From NCBI GenBank assembly GCA_963669175.1, contig OY769902.1, forward strand, positions 4,128,001 through 4,192,000: a stretch of DNA of 64,000 nucleotides. The letters are read 5' to 3'. This stretch comes from a bacterium (GTDB lineage Bacteria; Electryoneota; Electryoneia; Electryoneales; Electryoneaceae). The notes below the pieces were generated by a model that was given only the letters and a program-made list of their open reading frames with translations, ran no database searches and was not told the DNA's origin. The position numbers were made by a program, and so were the translations under genes. Below, piece by piece: positions 43,086 to 50,849 of the stretch (position 1 is its first letter; every line of letters starts with the position of its first letter).

Positions 43086-44213
43086 ATGGCTACACATTTC
43101 GCCCCGGAAAATATGGCTTCGTTTGACGAATTGCGTCGCCAGCAGGATATCATGCATGATGTGCCGATGCTGGAGATCCTGTTAAACGCGGTTCCCATTT
43201 CCATACTGGTGTTGAACTCGAACCGCCAGATCATTTACGGGAACCTGCCATTCCTCCAGTTTATCGAAACGCTGGGCTCCAGTGATCCATTGGGACGACG
43301 TCCCGGCGATGTGCTGCGCTGTGTGAACGCTCAAGCTCCGGACGCTTGCGGGACAACAGAATTCTGCCTGGCCTGCGGTGCAGTGCGCGCCATCATGAAA
43401 GCCCAGGAAGGCATCAATTCTGTTGAGGAATGCCGTATTCAGGTCATGGAGGAGCTGGAAATAGACGCGCTGGATTTGCGTGTCTGGGCAACCCCCTTTG
43501 CGCAACACGGTGAGACCTTTACCATCTTCGCGGTGGTGGATATCAGCGATGAGAAACGGCGTGGGGTGCTGGAGAAGATATTCTTTCATGATGTGATGAA
43601 CCAGGCCGGCGCGGTTTTGGGATTCGCGGACTTGCTGGCCCTGGATGAGAAGCATAAGAATGATGAACGCACTGAACTGATGTTGCAGGCTGCGGAACGT
43701 CTGGTCGCAGAGATCCAGGCCCAACGTGACCTGACCTCGGCAGAACGTGGCGAGTTGACCGTGGCGAAGGCTGTGGTCAGCACCATCAATGTGATCGCGG
43801 ATATTGCGGGAACCTACGCTACGATACCGGAAGCCAAAGGACGGATTCTCCGTGTCGATCCCAAAACAGCCGACACACAAGTATTTACGGATGCAACCAT
43901 TCTCGCGCGTGTGCTGGGGAATATGGTGAAGAATGCCCTGGAAGCGACGCGAGTGGACGAAACCGTAACCATTGGCGTAAACCAGGAAGAAAACGCCCTT
44001 TGTTTCTGGGTGCATAATCCCGGTTTTATTCCACGGAAATACCAACTCGAACTGTTCAAACGGTCGTTCTCAACCAAGGGCAAAAATCGCGGCCTCGGTA
44101 CGTACAGCATCAAACTCCTGACAGAGAAATACCTGGGGGGTAAAGTCAGTTATTCATCTGTTATGGAAGAAGGGACCCGGTTTGAGGTGAGGATTCCGGT
44201 TACGTCGGAATGA
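43086..44213 (+). CDS. PAS-domain sensor histidine kinase with Cys-rich motif (paralog 3)
   Basis: FFHDVMN, NMVKNALEA, GLGTY; motif CVNA..CGTTEFCLAC. Confidence 0.88.
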   Translation: MATHFAPENMASFDELRRQQDIMHDVPMLEILLNAVPISILVLNSNRQIIYGNLPFLQFIETLGSSDPLGRRPGDVLRCVNAQAPDACGTTEFCLACGAVRAIMKAQEGINSVEECRIQVMEELEIDALDLRVWATPFAQHGETFTIFAVVDISDEKRRGVLEKIFFHDVMNQAGAVLGFADLLALDEKHKNDERTELMLQAAERLVAEIQAQRDLTSAERGELTVAKAVVSTINVIADIAGTYATIPEAKGRILRVDPKTADTQVFTDATILARVLGNMVKNALEATRVDETVTIGVNQEENALCFWVHNPGFIPRKYQLELFKRSFSTKGKNRGLGTYSIKLLTEKYLGGKVSYSSVMEEGTRFEVRIPVTSE

Positions 44214-44249
44214 TGGCGGCGCAGTCCAGTAAGTAGAAACCAGGGATAG

Positions 44250-44435
44250 AAGGAAAATGGGGACTGCTACTCTATTTCGCCTGCTGAAATGCTGATGCCT
44301 GTTGATAGACTTCGATAAACATCCATGATGCTTAATTGCCGGGAAAACGTGTTGCGAAACAGGTAGCTTTCCCGACATTTTCCTGCCAAGAGTCGCCACG
44401 TGGCAGGAGGCGAAAAACTACCGTATGTCCCAAGT
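44250..44435. repeat. REP-like repeats, partly duplicated at 44660-44820
   Basis: ATTGCCGG(G)AAAACGTGTTGCGAAA..TCCCGACATTTTCC..AGAGTCGCCACGT..AGGCGAAAAA occurs twice. Confidence 0.75.
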
Positions 44436-44436
44436 T

Positions 44437-44570
44437 CTACTTGTGAACATCCAGACCAATGTAGTATACTGCATGCATGCCAACCTCCTCGTGTAAGTAC
44501 TACGGGTAACGTCGTGTTACTCCTTTAACACAAGTTAGCCCGACAATGTGCTGCGTCGAGGTTGGCATCT
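44437..44570 (-). mobile_element. IS110-family relic: structured non-coding end plus first 13 codons of the transposase
   Basis: Minus strand reads GAGGAGG, then MHAVYYIGLDVHK* (44478-44437), matching the IS110 N-terminal GLDVHK motif; preceded by a ~90-nt nested hairpin. Confidence 0.6.
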
Positions 44571-44659
44571 TCTATTTATGCATTATCACAGCTTCTCGAT
44601 TTCGCCTTCTTAAATGTTGATGTCTGTTGATAGTGTTCCATAATCATACGTGATTCTTC

Positions 44660-44820
44660 ATTGCCGGAAAACGTGTTGCGAAATTGGTGGCTGTCCCGAC
44701 ATTTTCCGGCCAGAGTCGCCACGTTTCAGCAGGCGAAAAATCTGGTACAGTTACCTTTTCCTTAACCCTGATCATACTATCATGCCTCCGCAACTGCGAA
44801 AAGGTAACAGTCCCATTTAG
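44660..44820. repeat. REP-like repeat plus family B element
   Basis: Matches 44335-44420 and 29508-29602. Confidence 0.75.
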
Positions 44821-44839
44821 CCAGAGACCAGTTACCATA

Positions 44840-46096
44840 CTACTCCCACACTCCTGCAATCGGTGTCTTGCAATAGCTGCATTTACCATGATCCAGGTGC
44901 ATTTCGCTGACGAAGAATCCCTGCCGTTGGATCACAATCTCCCCGCAACCTGGGCAGTAGGTATGATTCCCCGGATGGCCCGGCACATTCCCGACAAACG
45001 GGTAGTGCATCCCTTCCTTCAGTGCGATATCACGTGCTCGTTCCAACGTGGCAATGGGTGTCGGCGGCAGATTCAGCAACTTGTAATCCGGGTGGAAACG
45101 TGTATAGTGAACCGGCACATCCGGCCCCAGCTCCCCCACCACCCATTTAGCCAGCTCGGTCAATAGCTCCTCGGAATCATTCAGCGTTGGCACGACGAGA
45201 TTGACAATTTCCAGATGTGTCCCACTGTCGTGAACCTGTTTAATACTACGGAGCACCGGTTTCAATTCAGCGTCACAAACATTTCGGTAAAACTCTTCGG
45301 AATAGCCTTTCAGGTCAATCTTGATCGCGTCCAGCCCTGCACATAACTCAGCGAGCGGCTCTTCGGTCATGAAGCCGCAACTGATGAGGACATTTCGCAA
45401 TTCTCGATTCCGTCCTTCACGCGCGATGTCAAGCATATATTCGGTAAATACAGTCGGCTCGTTGTAAGTGAATGCTATGACCGGCGCTTCACGTTGTTGG
45501 GCTGCCTGTGCAATCACATCCGGACCGTAGAACTGATCGGCGTAATCTTCCGGGCTGGCCTGCGAAATGGTCCAGTTCTGGCAGAAACGGCAATGCAACG
45601 GGCAACCGGACGTCGCCAGGGAAAAGGCTGTGCTTCCAGGCAGGAAATGATAGAACGGTTTCTTTTCGATCGGGTCAACATGGGTGGAAATCGGGTGCCC
45701 GTATACCAGGCTACGCAGTTCACCGTCCACGTTCATCCTGGCACGGCATCGCCCTCGTTTCCCTTCCCCGATGATACAACCATGCGCGCATAAGGTACAG
45801 CGGACATAGCGTTCGTCATGCACATGGTTCTGCGAAGGTTCAACCTCGCCCTTATCATGACACTCAAAGCAGGAAGCTGAACTCCCGTTGGCCGGCAGCC
45901 AGAATCGTGCTCGTGGCGATGCTGACGCCAGTTCCTTCAGACGATCACCGGCATACGCAGCGTGTTTATTCTCCTGATCGAGTAAATCCAGCCAGAACGG
46001 ACTGCTCAGAGCGATTCCCGTTCCCCCGGCTACGGTTCCATATCGCAGCAGGGATTGCAGGAAATAGCGACGGTTGCTGTCTGGCGTTCTGGCCAT
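44840..46096 (-). CDS. amrS: AmmeMemoRadiSam system radical SAM enzyme with Tat-like signal
   Basis: DPIEKKPFYHFLPG, GCPLHCRFCQNW, FTYNEP, IDLKG and YCPGCG motifs; N-terminal NRRYFL. Confidence 0.9.
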   Translation of the reverse strand: MARTPDSNRRYFLQSLLRYGTVAGGTGIALSSPFWLDLLDQENKHAAYAGDRLKELASASPRARFWLPANGSSASCFECHDKGEVEPSQNHVHDERYVRCTLCAHGCIIGEGKRGRCRARMNVDGELRSLVYGHPISTHVDPIEKKPFYHFLPGSTAFSLATSGCPLHCRFCQNWTISQASPEDYADQFYGPDVIAQAAQQREAPVIAFTYNEPTVFTEYMLDIAREGRNRELRNVLISCGFMTEEPLAELCAGLDAIKIDLKGYSEEFYRNVCDAELKPVLRSIKQVHDSGTHLEIVNLVVPTLNDSEELLTELAKWVVGELGPDVPVHYTRFHPDYKLLNLPPTPIATLERARDIALKEGMHYPFVGNVPGHPGNHTYCPGCGEIVIQRQGFFVSEMHLDHGKCSYCKTPIAGVWE

Positions 46097-46164
46097 TGTA
46101 CCTCACTGTTTCCCTCAAGATACTAGCCTGAATCCGTGACTTCAAACCTGGAGCCAGCCATATG

Positions 46165-46197
46165 AAAAAACCCCCAATCCAATGGATAGGGGGTTGA
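46165..46197 (-). terminator. Probable terminator
   Basis: AACCCCC..TCCA/TGGA..GGGGGTT stem with U-tract on the minus strand. Confidence 0.6.
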
Positions 46198-46216
46198 ACT
46201 GGCTTTTCGAGTAGTA

Positions 46217-47104
46217 TTATTGCTTCAGGGCGTTGATGACAGTTTCGAGACGTCCCTTCGGCTTCAGCGAGCTTGCCGGGCATGTGCCGGCGCCTTCCAG
46301 TCCGCCACCATCGTTCTCTTCCATCAATTTGCCGATGTTGATGGTACAAGTCTTGTTGAACGGGCTCTTGCTTGCGCTGATGAGAAGCTTCATCGGGTCA
46401 CGATGCTTGTCGATACGCACCCAGACGTTGCCTTCCGGGAACTTCAGGAATGGCAGGAAACGATTGCCGCGCGGCGGATCATCATATTCACGGAAGTCTG
46501 TGAGGATCACATTACCTTCCATGGTGGTATGTGCGGTCAATTCCTGCTTGAAGCGTTCCAGATCCTGGAAGTAACGGTCCACACGACTCTTCACATGTTC
46601 ACTCTGCAGGATTTCTTCCGGCTTTTTGCCAAGACGCATGCCCTGGAGAACCTCAACACCCGTGTCATGTGCCTGTGGGAAACGCGGATCCAGAACATAA
46701 TTAACCAGCATCCAGCCCTTGGGGCTGATAACATCTTCTTCGGCCAGTTTCACAGCGCCAATATTATTGGCAATCTCGACCAAAGGTTTAAACGCATCGA
46801 GGTCTGATGAAGCATAGAAATCGTAAACAAGCTGTGCAGTGCTAGGCGCAGGCCCCCATTTTCCACGAACATTCTCCAATTGCTGGGCAGGAATGTTCTC
46901 GAAATCATGATGATGGAACCAGAGACGGGTGAAGGGATGGAAAGGAAGATGCACAATGGCATCACCCAGCCCCGGGTCCAGATCAATTCGACCTTCTTCA
47001 ATGTCCTTCGGATTGGCAAACTGCAACTCTTCGATACGCTCCATTTTGTAAATCATGGCAGCGCAAACCAACCCATCAAAATCCAGCCTGGTAATCAACC
47101 GCAT
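46217..47104 (-). CDS. DHH-superfamily exopolyphosphatase/nanoRNase-like protein
   Basis: RLITRLDFDGLVCA, PKD, NRF and IGKLM..GGG..AGTC; the DHH motif is altered (WFHHH). Confidence 0.75.
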   Translation of the reverse strand: MRLITRLDFDGLVCAAMIYKMERIEELQFANPKDIEEGRIDLDPGLGDAIVHLPFHPFTRLWFHHHDFENIPAQQLENVRGKWGPAPSTAQLVYDFYASSDLDAFKPLVEIANNIGAVKLAEEDVISPKGWMLVNYVLDPRFPQAHDTGVEVLQGMRLGKKPEEILQSEHVKSRVDRYFQDLERFKQELTAHTTMEGNVILTDFREYDDPPRGNRFLPFLKFPEGNVWVRIDKHRDPMKLLISASKSPFNKTCTINIGKLMEENDGGGLEGAGTCPASSLKPKGRLETVINALKQ

Positions 47105-47354
47105 GGCGTGTCTCCTGAAAATATCGTACGGACTAACTTGTTGAATCCCGAGTTCGCAGAGTCAATTGTAACTCTGTATCCCCGACAATGCAAGTTGCAG
47201 TGACATTTTGACTGAACTCCCTGGTGCCCCATTTATCAGAGAAATCTCTTTCCCAACACTATCCCTTTTCATATCTATTCATTATATTTGCATCTGATAC
47301 AATACTGCTGACTAAGATATGTTGTTATAAGATATATTGTATTCGGAGTATACA

Positions 47355-48176
47355 ATGGTTGTAATTGATGATGAGTTCGTTCAGAAAATTGAACGAGTTA
47401 CAGGAACAATTATCGAGCGAATTGTTTCCTACCAAAGCAGACGCTTCTCTCGTCAGGATAATCCCCTTACGACATTTAATGGCGCTACGTGTCTGATCCG
47501 TCCGGCAGCGGCAGGTGTGAGCCGTATTCACGGGCTTGGCATTATGGAGCCGTGGGAAGATGGCATGTTGTATTCTCTGGAGGAGATACTTCGTGCTTCC
47601 GGGGCTTTATGTGAAGTCGCAATGAATCCCTATGCATCAACATCTCTCTCCCACGATCTGCTCACCAATCATTGGACGCTTGCCTACTGGATACAGGTGC
47701 TGGCAATAGATCTCGAAAACCGCCCGGTTGGTCCAGAATATCCCTCTTCGGCAACCATTCATGAAGTGGCAGGAAAAGAGGTGGCCCCCTGGTCAATCAT
47801 TCTGGCCCGGGGATTTGAAGACCACCCGATAAAAGCTCAAGCAGATCCTGCTACTCATCGCCGCGCGGCAAAGATGGTAGGCATGCATTGTTACCTGGCA
47901 AAACAGGGCGATACGCTTGTTGGAGCAGCCTCACTGAACATGGCAGACGATTTCGGGGTCATGTATGCTGGATCAACTCTCATCCCGCACAGACGAAAAG
48001 GTATCCATACGGCATTACTGGAACACAGGATACGGTATGCTGCCAAACTGGGCGCAAGATATGCCGTATTGATGACATTTCCCGGAAGCGGTTCTGAAAG
48101 GAATGCAAAACGATTGGGCTTTGAATCTGTCTACGTCCAACCTATCTATACAAAATCCTTTGCGGAACAGAACTGA
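47355..48176 (+). CDS. GNAT family N-acetyltransferase
   Basis: GSTLIPHRRKGIHTALL and SERNAKRLGF acetyl-CoA motifs. Confidence 0.85.
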   Translation: MVVIDDEFVQKIERVTGTIIERIVSYQSRRFSRQDNPLTTFNGATCLIRPAAAGVSRIHGLGIMEPWEDGMLYSLEEILRASGALCEVAMNPYASTSLSHDLLTNHWTLAYWIQVLAIDLENRPVGPEYPSSATIHEVAGKEVAPWSIILARGFEDHPIKAQADPATHRRAAKMVGMHCYLAKQGDTLVGAASLNMADDFGVMYAGSTLIPHRRKGIHTALLEHRIRYAAKLGARYAVLMTFPGSGSERNAKRLGFESVYVQPIYTKSFAEQN

Positions 48177-48187
48177 GTTTATTGGGA

Positions 48188-48877
48188 CTATGTCCTGATT
48201 TTCGACAGTTTCATAAAGAAAATCAGCAAACTTGCATACCCTGACAGGCTGATAAAAGGAACAATGATACGCATCGCTCCAACAAAGCCCGTGGTAGCCC
48301 CCATCATAAAATGCCTGACAAGAACTCCCGACAGCAGCGCAATGAACAGCAAGATCGTTCCGGCAATTGCCCAAACAGATCCCGTTGCCCTGTCTACACC
48401 AGCCTGATCCTTAACTTTTGCCGGAAACAGAATAAACACAACCGTCTGGGCAATTGCGGAAAGCATGATAAACAGCATAAAGCCAGATCTGACTTCTGTC
48501 AAATGATGCAGGATGGTCATTGAAGGCACAACCATCAGTTCATTCAACAGGATCGCAATAATTCCCAGGATGAAAACGACCCAAGGCAGCGCCTTCCACC
48601 TTGCCCAGAATGAGTAATATCCAAGATTCAGAAAGAACAGATAGAACAGCAGGAAACTTACCGATCCCAACTGTACCATCACCATCTTTCCCGGAAACAG
48701 GCCGAGTACATGCGCCTTGCCCAACGGCCCCAGAGTCAGCGTAACTATAGACAGGAGTGCATGATACCCAACGCCGATTATTGCCAGCGTTGTTGCCTGC
48801 CGAAGTGACATGAACGGGAGCTTTGTGCCTGCATTCAAGCCATCAGATTCTACCGATTCCATTATCTCTTTACTCAT
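48188..48877 (-). CDS. Hypothetical integral membrane protein
   Basis: About 6 hydrophobic helices; overlaps the upstream gene by 4 nt. Confidence 0.7.
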   Translation of the reverse strand: MSKEIMESVESDGLNAGTKLPFMSLRQATTLAIIGVGYHALLSIVTLTLGPLGKAHVLGLFPGKMVMVQLGSVSFLLFYLFFLNLGYYSFWARWKALPWVVFILGIIAILLNELMVVPSMTILHHLTEVRSGFMLFIMLSAIAQTVVFILFPAKVKDQAGVDRATGSVWAIAGTILLFIALLSGVLVRHFMMGATTGFVGAMRIIVPFISLSGYASLLIFFMKLSKIRT

Positions 48878-49380
48878 ACCGCCTCCGCCGATTCCACTCT
48901 TTCCGGTGGCGCCGGTGTTTCACGCCAAGCCAGGATAGCGCCCGGTAGAATATGTGCGACGTACAACAGCTCGAATGCAAGCAACTTGTCTGTTATGCGT
49001 ACAAAACTCATATGTGGTCCGAGCAAATCGGTTCGCGCAGCGATGAACACATACAACATGATCAAACACATTATGGCATAGATTCCGTACGCCTGCCCGG
49101 TAGCACGATGTGTTATTTGCAGCTCCCGCTCATCAAGAGTGTCTGTCCTGGCATGAGTCAGTTTCCAATGCCCGGAAAGACCGAATGCTACGATATGCGA
49201 ATAGACAAGCAGCGCCATAACGGCAAGTATCCCGGCCAGCCAGCCATAAGGGAATGATTCACGTGGTAACGAATCATTCGCACGTTCTGCGAAAAAGATC
49301 ACCGTGGGCAGTAACACACATCCCAGGAATGCACCAACAACACCAAGTCGTTGTCGCATGAGTTGTTTACTTCGATCCAT
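48874..49380 (-). CDS. Membrane protein with LDERE motif (DUF2178-like)
   Basis: TM helices flanking LDERE..RA..AY; in an operon with the XRE regulator. Confidence 0.7.
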   Translation of the reverse strand: MDRSKQLMRQRLGVVGAFLGCVLLPTVIFFAERANDSLPRESFPYGWLAGILAVMALLVYSHIVAFGLSGHWKLTHARTDTLDERELQITHRATGQAYGIYAIMCLIMLYVFIAARTDLLGPHMSFVRITDKLLAFELLYVAHILPGAILAWRETPAPPERVESAEAV

Positions 49381-49642
49381 AACCGGATCCTCCCTGCGCT
49401 TGCCGTTCCATGAGCACCTGGCTCAACGGCTTCATCGGCTCTGTGGAAAAAATGAAATCGACGGGCAATTCAAAAAACTCGCTGATCTTAAAGGCAAGAT
49501 CCAGGCTGGGATTGTATTCCCCTCTTTCCAGGTAACCAACCGTCTGGTAGTTTACCCCGATCACCTTGGCAAGCTCTTTCCGTGACACCCCTCGCTCTTC
49601 ACGTAGTACCGCAATGCGGTTGTACAGTTTTCTCGCTTTCAT
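49367..49642 (-). CDS. XRE-family HTH transcriptional regulator
   Basis: NRIAVLR..SRKELA..GVNYQTVGYLERGEYNPSLDLAFKI. Confidence 0.93.
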   Translation of the reverse strand: MKARKLYNRIAVLREERGVSRKELAKVIGVNYQTVGYLERGEYNPSLDLAFKISEFFELPVDFIFSTEPMKPLSQVLMERQAQGGSGYGSK

Positions 49643-50023
49643 GGTGTAATTATACGCATTTTGTTGTATATTTACAACAGTTCTAATAATATTTCATACT
49701 ATTTGTCTCATAGAGCCAATACGTTTTTGGCGCCTCGCTGTTTCGTACAGGTAAAGAGGTTCACATCATGATGCGACACGACAATCGAATATCGAGTCGT
49801 TTCATTGGAATCAGTCAATGAGGTCTGGTTCCCTTGTTTGTCCACCGAAGGTGGACCACTTGAATAGCGAGGCGCCATTTTTAAGCGAACAACACTCATC
49901 ACTGGAGGAATATTTCGGTTGTGATCTGTGTGGTTGACAGCGTGAACATGACCCTGTAACTTGCTTTCACCTTTATCTGTAACGAGTTACAGGAACGAGA
50001 CCATTTCAGCCTGGGGGGCTGCC

Positions 50024-50569
50024 ATGTCGATGCTGTTAAGCTTTGCGCCGTGGATTGTGTTCTGGATTCTGGTGAGTAATAACTCTTTTGTCGAATCGGC
50101 CTGGATCGGCTTCGGGATTGCGTTTGTTCTGAACATTCGCAGTATTCTGAAGGGTACAGTCAAAGTATTGAACCTGGGCTCTACGATTTATTTCTTTCTC
50201 CTCGCCCTTGTTGCAATCTTCGTTCATGAGGGTTTTCTGGAAACGTATGGGTATATGACGGGTAACCTCGCTCTCACCCTTATTGTGCTGATATCCATCC
50301 TGATCAAGAAACCCTTCACCCTGCAATACGCGAAGGAACGTGTCCCGGAAGAATTGTGGGACAAACCCGGTTTTTACCATACCAACCTGATGATATCCTG
50401 GGTATGGTTTGCGGCGTTTGTATGCATGACCATCTCTTCCGCCCTGTTGGGAATTTTTGAGGAAAAAGAAACCCTCCTGAACTGGATTATTCCCAACATC
50501 TTCATGGTTTCCGCAATCAAGTTTACCGACTGGTACCCCAAGCATTTACAGAAGAAGACGGTAGCATAG
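50024..50569 (+). CDS. Hypothetical membrane protein
   Basis: SFAPWI..KPFTLQYAKE..N..ISWVW pattern, about 6 TM helices. Confidence 0.78.
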   Translation: MSMLLSFAPWIVFWILVSNNSFVESAWIGFGIAFVLNIRSILKGTVKVLNLGSTIYFFLLALVAIFVHEGFLETYGYMTGNLALTLIVLISILIKKPFTLQYAKERVPEELWDKPGFYHTNLMISWVWFAAFVCMTISSALLGIFEEKETLLNWIIPNIFMVSAIKFTDWYPKHLQKKTVA

Positions 50570-50628
50570 CTGGACATGGTTGAACACTATCCAACCCCTC
50601 CAGGGTTGATATAATAGCTATTCTGATA

Positions 50629-50694
50629 CCCCGGGTGCGTGCCAAACAGACGGCACGTACCCGGGGCTCACTTATCCAACTCCTGCGGAGTTGC
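50629..50694. repeat. REP-like palindrome, family A
   Basis: CCCCGGGTGCGTGCC-aaacagac-GGCACGTACCCGGGG..CAACTCCTGCGGAGTTG. Confidence 0.8.
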
Positions 50695-50728
50695 ACCATG
50701 TCAAATCATTCCAGATAGTAAGCACGTA

Positions 50729-50846
50729 CCTTCTTTCCCTTCTTTCCCTTCTATACCTTCTATACCTTCTTTACTTTCTTTACCTTCTTTACCTTCTTTA
50801 CTTTCTTTACCTTTTTCACTTTTTTCACTGTCAACTTTTTTCACTT
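50729..50846 (+). repeat. 9-bp pyrimidine-rich tandem repeat (CCTTCTTTA-like)
   Basis: Directly visible run; similar tracts at 56270-56315 and, inverted, at 62720-62785. Confidence 0.8.
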
Positions 50847-50849
50847 AAC

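Noticed and set aside
44400-44439. Stop-codon readthrough extending the IS110-like peptide
   Set aside because: The sequence past the TAG is REP-like repeat and does not resemble transposase.
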